A DNA stretch of 56,843 nucleotides, the filler included, from Platydemus manokwari (Eukaryota): the NCBI GenBank assembly GCA_037951405.1. It is 5 parts of 5 records of this genome, joined end to end, with 100 filler letters (N's around TTAATTAATTAA, not from the genome) between each part and the next. Parts side by side here need not be neighbours in the genome. Positions count along the whole stretch, not along the records: positions 34,695 to 45,024 come from JBBMOY011144437.1; positions 45,125 to 56,843 come from JBBMOY010501109.1; 3 more parts are not named here. One strand, written 5' to 3'. The notes below the pieces were generated by a model that saw only the letters and a list, made by a program, of their open reading frames with translations, ran no database searches and had not been told where the DNA came from. The position numbers were made by a program, and so were the translations under genes. Positions 38,801 through 53,691 of this stretch are shown one piece after another; position 1 is the first letter of the stretch, and each line of letters starts with the position of its first letter.

Positions 38801-41800
38801 AGTATTTACCACGTAACCATGGTTATTATTAACTCACATCGGGGATTATTATATAGTTTTTCTTACCGAGGATTTTAAGGATTTTAGCTTTAGAAATACT
38901 TAACTGTATGGATACATTTATTGATTGATTTGTCTAATCACCATGGTGTTGCTTTTCTTATTCATGAATGTCAGTATTAAAAGAAAATTTCAATTTTATT
39001 GGATTGCCCGATGTCTTTCATTTTACGCAAACACGTTGATTCATTTTTGAAATAACCGGAAATTTAAGATATCGATTTTCTATATTTTTATATTGTCAGC
39101 CGTCTATGCGTTTCGATTATGAACTGGTTGAGTAATTCTCACATTTATTTTATCTAGATGACCGATTTTAAATTTCCGGAACTACCACTCATGATGAGAA
39201 GAAAGCTTTTTCATGAATTCATTTGGTACATATCGATTGGTAGTCATTCTGAACCAAATATTAACATTAAACCAAAGGTGAAAATGGAAATTATTGTTGT
39301 ATTGATTTTTAGCTTTGTCCCTTGTTATAGTTGGATCAGTTTGGATTTCGAATATTTATGGATACGTTTGATTGGAGACGTTATGTTGCTCCATTACAGC
39401 AAGGTAATCTTTCATTTTAATGAAATCCATCGTCATATCCCCCCCTCTACACAGACCCCGAAGACAAGTTTATTACATTCAATCTAAATGACATCCTTCT
39501 TCGAATGCCTCTGGGCCTGTTGTGCCTATTGGCGTTACCAAAAGATTGTAACAAAGAGTTGTATGATTACCTTCTCGATGAAAGCCTAAGATTAGCCACG
39601 CTAGACAATTTGGCCAAACAAAACATGTCCATCATTTCATTCATTTTAAACAATCACAAGAAGTTGGCATTGACGAAAATAATGCGATTGTTGGAATCGC
39701 TCCTCAATATGGGCCTGATTACCAAACGCGACATCAACCCACCGTCACGGCTGAAAGAAGATGTACGATTGTGTTTCTTGATGGAATTGGCTTGATTGTA
39801 TTTTGTCATTCATTAGGTGTTATTTTATTTGAACCGAGAAGTCTTTCTCACCGACACTACCAAATATCGATTACCTCTCGCTGATAAAATGATATGGAAA
39901 CGATTGCCTCGATATCAATGGATTCTTAAATCGACATTGGATGTTATCAATTATTGGGAAAATGTGTACAATGTGTGCACCAATACTCGATGCGGTGAGA
40001 TTATTTTTATTATTTGCCTATTTTTCAAATATTGATTTTCATGAAAATTATGTTATTGATTTAGAAATTTATCATTATAAATTATATTTGTAAGCTGATA
40101 AATTTAAATTTATTGATTATCATTGGAATTATTGATGAGTAGCTGTGTGGTGTTTGTCAATCGATAAAATTCAACTTGGTAATTATTTGATAAGAGTTCT
40201 GGTGTTAAATCGATATTGGTTATTTGCCGATTATTTTATCACGCAGGACCTTGCAGCCCTGAAGGCCGTGTGTATTCCCCGAGACTCCTCAATCATATTG
40301 ATTATTTTGTATATATTAATTTTATTATTGATTATTTGATTATAATATTTATTATTTTTATACATAATCATTATTATTGATTTTTCATGAGAGTCCATCA
40401 ATATATTGATTTCGCAGTCCTCTCTATTTACCATCCCTTAATCACTACCAATTTAATTATTCGCTAAATAGTGTATTCAAACAATTGCCACTTGGTCACA
40501 GTCATTTATCGCTATTGGTTCCTAATATATGCATAACTTTATTTCGCTATTTTAAAAATTCCGACAGTGTACCTTATCATAAAAATATGAGATAACCTTT
40601 CTTGGTTACTTCAAAATTATCTTGAAATGTAGTCAAATATTGATGAATTATTGATTTTTTAATATCTTTCAGAATTTACGGAGCGCCTTAATGGCTTGCA
40701 AATTATTGCCGAATATTCCCAGGAGAATCTCCGTAACAGTGATTTCATAGCTCGCAATGTGCTGTCAAATGGTGCTGTTTCTGCTGAAAATGCAGAAAAT
40801 ATTCTCCAATTAGGAGCCTGGTTACCGGATATTAAAAACATCAAATGGAAACATTTGGGACCAGGAGGATATTATATATCGCTCTCATCTTGGCCAATAT
40901 TGGCCTGGTGCCAGAGCAAGTTTGATAAGGTTTGCAGCCAGATCCCATACTCATTGAGTTGTGTGTTTAATCAATTTAGAGCCACTCTATTCACAGGTTC
41001 GGTTATTAAATTACTGATATTATTCTCATTGAACGTGAAACTGTATTGATTTTAGAAACGATAAAGAACTTGAATTCCTTTGTTCACATCAGCTCATTGA
41101 ACGAGAACTTGTCCATGATATTGAATGAGGTAAATGGATATAAATCGATATTGACAATTTTTGGATTATCATATGTTTAGATTAACATTGTCATTACGAC
41201 AGCAGCTATTCTTCGGTACGATGATAAGTTGGAAACGTTCTGGAACAAGATCCGCTATAAGAAATGGTTCAAGAGTTGCTTTCCAAATGTAATTTAATTT
41301 TTTTAATTAAAAATATTAATTAATAATTTAATACCACAGCAATAAGTTGAACAATAATGATTGTTACTATTAATAGAATAATTGATAATTAATATTAGAA
41401 TAATTAATAAATAAATAATTGATTAATACAAAATTAATTTTTTATATAATTTTTTAATTGACTTTATAATTAAATTTATATTGATTGCATTCTAATAAAA
41501 TTATAATTTTTAATTTTTATCGATTTTTTAAAATATTGATTAATTATAATTATTGATATTCATAATAATTATAAAAATTAATTTGAAATTAATATATTGA
41601 TTAATTATTTATTAATATTGATTTATATAATTTATTGATTATATAATTTCAAATGCCATTGTTGTCAATTAAATAATGATTTATCTATTAAACATGATCA
41701 ATACGTATTTATCTATCAAAATGCATTTGATTTGATTTAATTATCACAATGTCAATACTAAATCATGACTCTTTTAGTATTCAGAATATATTTTCGATTT

Positions 41801-42970
41801 CATTATTTTTTCTTATTCTCTGAAACCGTGATTAATCTGGATCAATAAAATAACAATAATTTAATAGATTCGATATCACAGTATGCACACTCTGCAGCGA
41901 TATATATCAATCTTGTCTATCCAACACGAGAACGAAAGGAAAGATCTAATCAATGAAGCTAAGAATTTCCCATGTATCCAATCGGTATGTGAATCGAATC
42001 ACGATTAAGCGATATAATATTGATGACAATCATAATTGCAGTTCTCGAAAATTGTCGATCTGAAACAATTCCGAGAGCGAAATGCTGCCAGAGAAGCCAT
42101 TGTGATTCGATTTCTGTTGTTAAATCTCATCAAACTTCATCGATTCATTCCACAATGGGACACAATAAACACCAAACAATATACTATCAACAATAGGAAT
42201 TTAATTCCAGCAAACGATAATGTCTCGCAAATGATTGACGTTCTCAACACGAATGCTTGCACTGATTACCATAGAAAATCGATTATTCCCGATGTGACGA
42301 ATACTGTTTCCGACATCGTTTCGCTTTCAATCATGAAATATCTCATGGTATACGATGATATCAGACATGTTCGTTTATTGAGATACTCGTTTAGGGCTGT
42401 ATACCGACTTTCAAGGAAAAAATTCCCACCGATATCGAGAAACGAAACAAGATTCTCCAGTATTTTTCCAAGGATCTTCTTTTGTCAGTTGTTAATGGAT
42501 TCAAGAATTTCTATGTCCTGGAACCACTTAAGGCAAATGTAAATAGATTCTTTGTTTTAATGTTGGTTCATAAGTATTGATCTGTATCGATAGAAATCCA
42601 ATACTGATCTCATTAAATCCGGTATTCTCGATAACAGACTCTTAAAATTGGCACCCCGTTTAAACCAAAGAATCCCGAGTGAAATCGATCAATTCCTTGC
42701 CATGATTCGTCATTTGGAGGAGAGCAGCCAAACACATATCGTTTATGATATGGAGACTTCTATCCTTGACAACGGAATCATTACAGTTCAATTTGATCCC
42801 CAAAGTAGCAAACCCAAAGATATTTACAGCTTAATCGGTATCACATGTCGAATGGACGAACAAGTAATTGATAATGATTTTAATGTGGATATTGATTCGA
42901 TTCTGATTACAGGATGATTCCCTTGTGGTCGAGATGGGTTCCAACAATTTCTTTTCTGACAACGTGAAAC
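35857..42970 (+). CDS. GTF3C1: General transcription factor IIIC subunit 1 (B-box binding subunit), multi-exon, 3' end beyond the gap
   Basis: The N-terminus ILDEIAAEGLEGITFECLW compares with LLDEVALEGLDGLCL..LW. Other motifs: LIMVASEDYR, YALLELIGRSRYNG, LFHINRF, MDRKSYKRII, FHEFIWY, DWRRYVAPL, DILLRMPL, LTDTT and YWENVYNVCTNT. Roughly 17 exons chain in phase up to the N gap. Confidence 0.9.
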
Positions 42971-42987
42971 GTAAGATTTTTGGCTTT

Positions 42988-43170
42988 NNNNNNNNNNNNN
43001 NNNNNNNNNNNNNNNNNNNNNNNNNNNNNNNNNNNNNNNNNNNNNNNNNNNNNNNNNNNNNNNNNNNNNNNNNNNNNNNNNNNNNNNNNNNNNNNNNNNN
43101 NNNNNNNNNNNNNNNNNNNNNNNNNNNNNNNNNNNNNNNNNNNNNNNNNNNNNNNNNNNNNNNNNNNNNN
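42988..43170. other. Sized assembly gap (183 N)
   Basis: Plain N run within the GTF3C1 region. Confidence 0.97.
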
Positions 43171-43414
43171 GATATTTTTTATTATCAATATTATTATTAT
43201 CCTTATTATTAGTAGTAATAGTATTATCACATATATTTTTATTATCACTATAATCATTATTATTATTATTGTTTATTACTAATATAATCACGAATATTTA
43301 TTATTATCCGTATCATTATTTATTTTCATAAAAAAATAATATTATAATGAACGTGGATAATTTTAATATTGAAAATTATCTTTTTATTACGTCATTGAAA
43401 TATATTCATAAAGG

Positions 43415-44106
43415 AACTACTCGGTTTCTGTACTTGAGCATTACGTATTTACCTTGCGTGATAGTTCGAGTAGATGTAATTATCTATTGGTTTCCATAAC
43501 CTAACACGGAATTCTAATTAAAAATTTGTTTACGCTATTCAAGACATCGGAGTTCATAAAAACAATGAGTAAAAAAATTGCTGTTTTTCTCAAATGAAAA
43601 GTGAAATAGACATCATTCTCTGATGACATTTTTGACAAGTGAAATGATTGTCCGTATAAGCCGCCACTGATTGGATATGGGAATGAACTTGTATTGATAT
43701 CTTGATTTCTGCGCTGGTGATTGACTGCAAACAAGTCACGATAGGCTCTTACACTTCTGTGGTTACCACCACGATAAAGAGAAATTACCTACGATTCTTC
43801 GTTTTCCCATGGATTTCATTGAAACAGTGAGCTTGACGATGAATCATTTGATGTAACCATATCCACACAGTTTGTACTTTTCAATCTCTACCAGAAGCTC
43901 GAAGATGACAAATATTTTCTCTCAAAATACGGCACATACGAACAAAGCATGTGTGTATGTGTGTCGTGATGAATCATCGTAACTAATCAACAGATACTAT
44001 TGTCTATAATTGCGTGTCGGGCCGAATAATTGTCTGCGATGTCACATTAAATGAGTATCACCAAAGTCTACCTCTGTGTGTGAATTATGAAACAATAAAT
44101 AAATGA
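43415..44106 (+). CDS. Probable further 3' exons (possibly of GTF3C1); frame ambiguous
   Basis: Higher-GC blocks with GTGAG/GTATGT donors and CAG acceptors. More than one spliced solution is possible, and one ends ...LPLCVNYETINK*. Confidence 0.35.
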
Positions 44107-44235
44107 TAATGTTCCTATGTGTGTCATGACTAATTTTCATTATTATTCAATAAAATCGTTGCGTCATTCATTATTCAAATCTGTGATTTTTGGTGCCCGT
44201 TGCTATGGGTTTTCAAACATCAATCAAATACTTAC

Positions 44236-44872
44236 CAATTTTTCATTCGCTACTTTGTTGTCGACACAACTGTTGAGAAATTCACGAGCATGAAGAAAGG
44301 CATTTCTAAGCATTTTCTGTTGTAGATAGCTGATAACTGACCCCAAAAGAATTGATGGGATAAACAACAACCAATTGCCACTCAACTAAATTTAAAAAAT
44401 CAATTTAATATTATCTCTCTTAAAAATCAATAAATAACAATGTACGTGTAATCGAGTTTCATTAAGGATATCGAGAAATATATATTAGAAATAGATTTGT
44501 TGAATAAACAGACGGATAATCACAACCGATCTCTGTCAGTTTATGAAATTCTATAATAAATCAATTAGTTTGGGAATATGAGAAAACAATGATCGATTAA
44601 AATAAATATCAAATACACGAACATTGTTTTAATGTTTCGCTTTAATCATTGATTTTGTACTTACCGCTGCCCAGTGTTTGCTGGAGAATACCGGCTTTTT
44701 CAATAATAAAATCACGAGAATGCTGATAATAGAGTGGCTCATGCATAAGAATATCATCAGGGCTAATAGTGTATAGAATGTCACAGGATAGAAGCAGGAT
44801 ATTGTAAGAATTAACCAAATTGTCTCCCATATTCCAACAGTTATTAACGATTCTGATTCTGAATAGTTTCAT
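44236..44872 (-). CDS. Unknown multi-exon gene or pseudogene fragment
   Basis: Strong GTAAGT donors at about 44663 and 44235. The open 150-nt exon 44385-44236 encodes LSGNWLLFIPSILLGSVISYLQQKMLRNAFLHAREFLNSCVDNKVANEKL. The middle exon needs a frameshift near an (AT)n run. Confidence 0.35.
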
Positions 44873-44955
44873 GATATCATTAATTTTTTTTTATTATTTT
44901 TCATTATTTTATGTTTAATTCTGTTATCGATACTGTTAGAATAATAACACAATAT

Positions 44956-44956
<1 letters not shown>

Positions 44957-45024
<68 letters not shown>
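44957..45024. repeat. (AAT)n microsatellite at contig end
   Basis: Seen directly. Confidence 0.95.
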
Positions 45025-45124
45025 NNNNNNNNNNNNNNNNNNNNNNNNNNNNNNNNNNNNNNNNNNNNTTAATTAATTAANNNNNNNNNNNNNNNNNNNN
45101 NNNNNNNNNNNNNNNNNNNNNNNN
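45025..45124. other. Artificial scaffold spacer
   Basis: N44-TTAATTAATTAA-N44. Confidence 0.97.
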
Positions 45125-45204
45125 AAAGAAAATGTCAAATACGCGGGGAATTAAAAAAAATTCCTATAAAATAAATACTAATAAGTTGCCAATTATTTAT
45201 TATC

Positions 45205-45570
45205 GAGTTCAATCAGTAGTTGCAAAGTCAACTAACCATGGGTGTAAATCATATGTACAGAATATATTTAATGGCAGGGAATTTCTCTCTACCATAGTAA
45301 TTTTTTGCCATAATAAATTCAAGCAGGAAAAACATACATCATAGGTATTAAATAAATAATCGTAGGCACTTCTACGGCTAGAATCAAGAATAGTTAACGA
45401 AAAACCGTTTTGGTCGCACAATCGAAATTTAATAGAGAGAGATAATCCTGAATCAATGAACAGTTTTTATGCCCGGTATTCTACAGGAAGATTCATCAGA
45501 AAAATATGGTAACTATAAAATCATGTACTACCATATTTATTATAATCTCTCTAACTACCGAGTTGAACTC
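45205..45570. mobile_element. Possible MITE (about 17-bp imperfect inverted repeats)
   Basis: GAGTTCAATCAGTAGTT versus rc GAGTTCAACTCGGTAGTT; no clear TSD. Confidence 0.3.
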
Positions 45571-47546
45571 AAATTCCTTGAATTTCTATGAATATGAGCC
45601 GTTATTTCTTCAAGATATTGTAGGAAAAATCTTTTCGTTTCAATGTATATTGATTGGTATTGCAAAATCTGTTGTTTTATAATTACTTTATAATATATAA
45701 CTAGTTTTTATATTGTGATCAGCAAGTGCCATAAGACATCATTACATTTTCTATAAAAATGATATCCATAATTCCACCATATAAATTAAGTAAGCATTGC
45801 ACAGCTCCACTTAGCTCGCATTCATAGAAGTGACAATGATTGAGTTGAAAGAATATCAAAAACATAAGGTTGTCGTTTTATCGTTCATCGATTATTTTAT
45901 TCCTCTTAAATAAAGTTATATTATAGTTCATCTTTGAGTTGTGATCTAAAGTACTGTTGTAACAATTCAACTTGCAGTTATTCGAAAATTAATGAAAAAT
46001 TAATGAAAATTTAGTAAAAAACTAAAAAAGAATTAACAAAAAACTTGAATAATTCCTGACAGAAACGTTTAATGGTTAAAAAATGGTCAAAAAATGGTCT
46101 CTCAAGACGTGTCAATATTATAAAAAAATTAATGAAAAATTAAAATTTCAGAAATTTATATGAAAAACCTTGGCTAAATATTCAAATATACATAAAATTA
46201 TAATAAAGAAAAAATAGCAATGTAACAAAGGTAATATAAATAAGATCAGGAAAATAGATGTAATCTCCACATATTGCATCATAACTTAACGACAGAAAAT
46301 TTATTTTTGAAAAATGTTCATGGTAATTATCTATTCAAAAATGTATTTTCGTTGAATAATAGGTACACTTTTGTCATTTTGCCACTCGTATGAAGCATTA
46401 CAAATATCGATCTACAATTAAAGAGAAAAGTCAAAAAATCTTTAAAAAGTTGATTTACATGTTAAATTTTATTCTATTATCCACGAGTTATTTTTAATTT
46501 TAAAGCTTTAACATTGTGACTCAATTTTTCTTTAAACCTATTACATAATATTTAAAAACAACACTTGTGATAGTTAGCAGCGTATAATCAGAAAACCTTA
46601 AGCATGGTAGCAGTATTCTCACGGTAAAAGCACGAAAAACTTAATTTTGAAGTTTACAGCAAGAGAAACCTATATAAAAATTAATCAAATAATACTACCT
46701 GGTCGTTGTCTCTTATAAAAGTTATTGATTATTGTATCAATTGTGGTAATAATTAAGTTTTATTTATTTTCTTTGTATTCATTTCTTTATTAGAGTCAGA
46801 TTAATTATAAAACATTAATTAAAAATACATAAGATTATATTTAATTTTCAAGCTATTCTGATTTATGTTACACTAAATATATTTATATCATAACAAAACC
46901 CTTTAACCCATAACATTCAATTAAAAATTAAACCACAACCACCATTAAATATAAATTATTTTAAATTCAATATAAAGAGCATATTTTTAATCTAAGTGTT
47001 GAAAATGTACATTGTTCTTAAATTTATTTCCAATAAAATGTCGATAGATTCGAATGCATTGGTGATCGAATTTTAAAATGGTATTTTCTAAATTGTAGTC
47101 GACAATTATTAAGATAAATGGCTATAAAAATCTGTAGAGATTACCAATTATTCAGTCAGTAAATAATCACTATCCACTTACAGATAAAACGATAAATCAT
47201 AAAAGAAGATGAAGAGAAGTGAAATGAAAATTCGATCTGAATTACTAATAAACAACATATTGATGTTGATGTCTTCGAGTACCGGAAAAATATTAATGTC
47301 AAACATCAAGCATTTCTTGTAAATATTAGATAAACGCGGAACAAGAACAGGGGCTAGAATTATTAGGTTTTTTAATTTTTTTAAATTTGTTTAATGGAAA
47401 ATAAAAAAGCGTAATTATTTAAAATTATGTAATTAAAAATTTCCTTATGTTGGAGCAAGTTTAAATCTAATAAAATTACAATAAATAATTTATAAGCCAA
47501 AAAGTAAATCCAATTAATGTGGCAGCGGTTACTTTGAAAGTGGAAT

Positions 47547-47752
47547 TTTGTAAAGTAGGGAAAGACGAAAAAACTTTTTTAAATATTTTTTTTACTTATT
47601 ATCATAATGAATTAAAATATAGTATTAAAAAATTAATTAGACGAAATTATTTGACAATATATAGAGTAAAGTTGTCAAGGGATAGTATCTCTCATATCGA
47701 TCCCAAATTTAAGGTACCAGTCTAAATTTTGACCTTACTCCCTACTTTCAAA
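47547..47752. repeat. Imperfect inverted repeat pair (possible MITE relic)
   Basis: TTTGTAAAGTAGGGA versus rc TTTGAAAGTAGGGA; no TSD seen. Confidence 0.25.
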
Positions 47753-50700
47753 CAAAATAATGTTTGATGAACAAGACCTTGTTGCAACAAAAGAATAATT
47801 ACAATATTATATTACAAAAAATAATTATAATAATGGAATTTTGTAGTTTTCCAAAAATATTTCGAAAGTACTTTTGGTGATTCAAATAGATGAAGGAAAA
47901 GTTTTATTACAAGTGATAGGTTTTATCCCATAAGAAAATACATTGTAAAATCAATGTTTGCCAGTAAGAATCTCGGAGCTCTTTTTTATTTATTGACTAT
48001 GCTGCTTTTTGAATCCGAATAATAACAAAGACTAAAATCAACTGATTCTGAATTGCAACTTAATAATCTTTCTGAATTGATAAATAATTAACCCCACTGT
48101 AGTGAATTATTATTGCATGGATATTTAGTTGTTATATAACTATTTTATCAGTGTAAAATAATTTATATGATTTCGTAACAACCCTTTACTAGTTTTGTTA
48201 GATCGTAGTTATTCTTTTTATTTATCCCAGAATCTACGGTTAAGCGATCAAAAATAATAATTTCGTTAAAGGTTCTATAAATAAAAAATTTATAGAATTT
48301 TAGTTAGAATTCTCAAGAAATAGTTTATGAAATTTGTGAGATATTTATTATGAAATAAATTTCAATTTAATTCAAAACAATTTTGATTCACATTTTATTC
48401 AAATGTTATATAGGTTAATTCTAATTTTATAAAAAATTAAATGAATGTAAAATTAAATTTATTTGTTTAAATATTTGGGTTTAAAATATATTTGTGATGT
48501 CTTGACTTTTCAGTTCGTTTTCAATGTGTGGTTTTTAAAATAGTAGCGACTAACAAAATTTACGAAAAATACTTTTAAAAATATCTTTGAACTCATTATT
48601 ACTTTCAGGAATACAAAATATATTGTTTCTGGAAGGTCAGTGTGACAATGTTTTGAATAAACCCAGATAAAAACTTAGTCGAAACATTTTTTCATTGAAA
48701 ATAAAATTTCGTTTATTGTTTCGTTCTATAATATAAATCAATAATAATAGTAAATTTAATCACAACGACACTACCAGCAATTTATACATTTTATAATCAA
48801 AAACTTAATACAATATTTAGTGGCCATAGTAAAATTAATATTAATTACAAGCGCAGCAGTAATGGGAAAATAAAATTGACCATAAGATCTTTAGTCAATC
48901 TAATTCTATTAGGCTGAAATTGACCAACACCGAATGTATACAAAGCACGAAAACGTTAATCAGTGTTTTATGATTTTCGTTAATTATAAATTATTAATAA
49001 ATTTGTTAATCTTTATTAACTTGTTAAATTCGTTATTTTAAAGTTCAAAACTCTAAATTAATTTAGATAAAGTATATGGTGAAATTGTTTAAACGATAAA
49101 AAACTGTTTCAAATTTAAACCTTTTCACAAAAATTCGTGAGAGAATGGACAAAAATACACAATTTTTGATATTATTGAAAGTAGTAATTCAATTAAATCA
49201 CTGCAAAAGCTGTCGATTATTTGATGTTATATAGACTCGAATTTCGTAAAAATTTTCAAAATAATATTAATGTTTATGGAAACATATCTCATTTCGAACT
49301 AATTTTTATCAACCACTTTGATGTATTTTTTAATATACATTTTCTTTGTTATGATTTGTTCATTCAAATCTAAATAGAATGAGAAGCACAATGCCACTTT
49401 AATCATTTGAGGTTCCAAAATTAAACGTAAAATACACCAGGTTTTTAAATTCGATCTTAAAATATAAAAATATATTAACATAGATGATTAATTATAAATA
49501 TCTATCACCCCAGCTAATATAATCTAAATTTGGCGAAAGAATTTTATATAGAATTTGAATTCAGAATTTTTATCCAAGGTCAGTGGAATTTTTAAAGATT
49601 TTGTTGAGCACTTATTGTTGAGATGCTTTGAACTGAGTGCCAAGTGGCAAAGACATAATTATATTTAAGTTATTGAACCCTTTGATAAAGACAAAAGACA
49701 AACATAGATAAATACATAAATAAAGATAAATATTGAATAGTATTAAAATCCTTTCAAGGATTTACTTAATACAAAATAAGTCATATGAGATCATATACTC
49801 TAATGTGACTTAATATTATTTAGGTTGCTTTGGAAAGCAAAACTCGCTGATTCCATGTACTGAAGAAAAGGAGGACCTATTGTATGTAGGACAGTTTAAA
49901 ACAAAATTTTATTTTACTTGAAATCAAATTATGAAATCCTAGGTATATTATTGATAAAAGAACTTATTTTTAAAAATTGGTTTAAGCTTGTATGTCTAAT
50001 TTTGAAATTTTGACGTAGAAATAAAGTAATTATTTACATATTCGGAATGCATGGTGTCAATATATTTGTTTTCATTTTTCAAATATTAATGTAATCACCA
50101 TAAATTACTGTAATAATTACTATAAATCACTATCTCAATTGGCAATAGATATAAATAATCACGAATGATTTTAATTTTGGCCACTTAGTTCATTGGAGGA
50201 CAAAAACAATGACATGAAACTGTAGATCATTTTGGCATTCTATTGGGAATTTGGTTGGGAAGAAAGATTGGATATCTTGTGATTAGATTTATAGATAATC
50301 TATTTTTTTAATTCCTCAGTTGATTGTCTCTGTTGTCATGTCCTGGTTTTACCAAAGCAAACATCTTCTTTTTGCCTAACGCGCTCATAATTCAAGTGAA
50401 CTCATATTTGAGTACCAAATAATAATCCCCGACTGTTAAGCAATGGAATTTGAATTACCGGTGTGGGAGAAACGAATTTGATAAAAAAAACTTAATGAGA
50501 ATTTTAGTTATCTTTATCACGACTTTGAATTCTGAAGATAAATTTCCAGTTTCGTCAATGATCAATATTTAATGACAATTCTGGAGCAGAAATTTAAGAG
50601 ATCAAATGGGGAACATATTTTTGATATTTTATTTTTTAATACAAAAAACGTTTCTTTGAAAAGTTAACTTCATTAAATAAGTGGCGATTCATTTAAACCA

Positions 50701-53691
50701 ATTCGAAAATTTTTGAGAATTTAATTGCTTTTAAACTATGTACTAAAAATGATGAATTTATTTTTATATGGGAATGATTATTAAGAATGTCATTTTAATT
50801 CATTGATAAGGTTTCTGTCAACAGTTGATATCATGAGAAATATCGGAATCATCTCAATGAATTGTCATAATAAATCATCAAATAATTACTTTCAATTAAA
50901 TTTTGTCAAACATTATTAATGTGAAATCATTAGACGTGCTTTGTTGATCTGTCAGTTTTGATTGATTGATTTTGTAGGATTGCAGGATGGAATAAAGATA
51001 ATTGAAAATCAAGAAGAATTTGTTCAACCAGAGAATAAAGATTAATTTATCGGATAATTAGGTTTTTATAACTCTATAGTTGTGAATTAGGAAATATAAA
51101 TTCGTCAATCAAAACAAATTAACATGTTCATAACATATCGCCATAACTATTGGTCAACGTTGTTGAAAGATTCTTCAACAATTTTCCCATATTTGACCGA
51201 TTTGTAATTAATAAACTTATGAATGAGATCGAATTTAAATCCTTGGAGTTGATTGGCTAATAATTTCAAAAATTTTGAATTTTCTAAGAGAAATTGAACT
51301 AATAGATTAAAAATCAATTTTAAAATAAAGAAACAAATAAAATAATTTATTTTTTGTACTAAACCTTGTAATGTTAACAAAGATACTAATATTGACATTA
51401 TATTATTAAAAATAATTTTATAATAATAATTATTATTATTGTTTGAGCGCTAGATAATCATGTTATAAATTTAAATAAAGCATTTCCTTATGAATTAATC
51501 AGCCTCACATAGTGTCGATTCAAACGAATGCGATAAGATATATTTACGAAAATTACCAAATTGGGCGTTGTTTTTTTTGCTAAAATGCATGTCTCATACA
51601 CTCATGGAATAGCAAAGATTAATTTGATTGAACCAGTTTGTTTTCCAATTCCGTTATTCAATTTGAACAAAAAATCTCATCGACAATGAACAGAAATTGT
51701 CATCGTACAATAGCATATGTTACACTATGTGAGCCACTAATAACCGTTGTGTGGATGTGTCGGAACTTAATAAGAATTTGCAAATGTCAAGTATAAGCAT
51801 TTCCAATTGAGAAAAAAAAGACACGTTACAATTTGAATAGAGAAACAAACAAAGAATTCGTCGATATGAAATATAAAATCACATTGATGATGGAATGTAG
51901 TTATTTCCGATAAATTCTGTTAATATTTTAATTAAGCCAACAAAAAAAATTTCATCAAAACAACAAATTTACACTCACATTTTCCCAACTATAAATCCAG
52001 TTCTAAAACGAAATTATTTTAACATAATACAATGAATGGATTCATGTTTTCAATATAAATGACATTCTAACGGGCAAGCCATCAAATCAATGATATACAA
52101 GTTGATCACAATTAAATAAATATCACTACATAGATCGACAATGCTTTCTTTATTTGATTAATTTTATTTAATTATCTCAAGTTGGTATAGCGATAATTGA
52201 TTGCCAATATAAATCCAATTTTCTAATCAACATTTTTTGACAATTGTTTTCATGAACAAGCTTGACAAAAATCTAATAATATTATTTGTATAACCACTGT
52301 AATGAGGTAGCTTTTCAATTAATTCGACAAAGAAATAATCAACAACTCTTTTTGATTTACTGCGTAGATAATTGTATGCGTTATCTGATATTGGGCAATC
52401 TCGTAGAATTGCGAAAGATTATGGAAATACTATACGTCATTAAGAAAGATTAAAATCAATTATAACTTGTTGATATTCACATCAACCAAAAGAATATTTG
52501 CCTAGCATTAATGTATATGAAGAAATATATAATTTCTTGGCTTTTGATCTGTTCTCAAGAAATATATTTATCATAACAAAATCACTTCGAAATATTTCAT
52601 CAGCCTCCTATGACTGAAGCCATGGTGTGTTCGCTTCATTGGTCCGTGTCACTGCATGACTGGTAATGGGAAATGATGATCAAAAATAATTTCTTAAATT
52701 ATTTATCAGTATATCTTTGCCTCATCAGACTCTGTGCAAATATTTTAATTTAATTTTAGAGAAATCTTTTAAAGCTATTGAAAAAGAAAATTCTCTCAAA
52801 AGAAAAAAAATTCTTAAGCCTTAATATTCTCCTCAAACTGTAAAGTATTTTAAATGTTTTTTTGAATTTTAATAATATAATAATATAAAATAATAAAACA
52901 TTAATTATTTAATGTAAACATTAAATCTAGTATTTCAAATTATCATAATAAAAAATTTTCATTCAGCATATTTGATAAAGAAAGAATTTTAATATGAATT
53001 TCACATAACTTTAAACCAAAAAGTACTTCAAAATAATATTCATAAATGTACAAAATCAATAATAAGATAATTTAAGCAAAGCAAATTTTGTACATCAAAA
53101 TTTTAAATATAAAATCATACAGAAATCGATGCATCTTTAAATAATAACACTTGGCACGGAAATAAAAATGTATCGTACACTTATCTCCAATTCTGCAGTT
53201 GAAATAATTGAGAAAAAATTATTATCAGACGTTTAGCAGAATGCAGAATGAGTAGTTATTAAAATCAATAGCAACCAGTACATTAAATAAGGAAGTGTGT
53301 GATTGAGTTAAACTGTCAAATATTTCCGCTAGCACGCATACACAACTAACTGTGTTGAAACCAATCATGAAATGTCTCGCTTAGATTGGCTGATTTATGT
53401 AGATACTAATTATTGTATTAAAACATTACAAAGCCTGGCAGTCGTGATAGAAGTCTCATAAGTTATTGATAAACTGGTTTTTAGAGCACGCAAACAATCA
53501 CGGCACATCTGCGTAAAAGGATCCAAATTTCGATTAGTCAGCACGATTATCACATAAACTTTTTGTTGTTTCACTCAATTGGCATACACCGTTACTAGTA
53601 TTGACTGAATTGAATTTTTATTCAATTCTGTACTTCCGTAAATAGTCTATTTTGATATTTGGCGATTGTATTATTTTGCGATCTATGGATA

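Noticed and set aside
42824-43291. Long ORFs across the N gap and ATT-rich low-complexity DNA
   Set aside because: Artefacts of Ns and microsatellite sequence.
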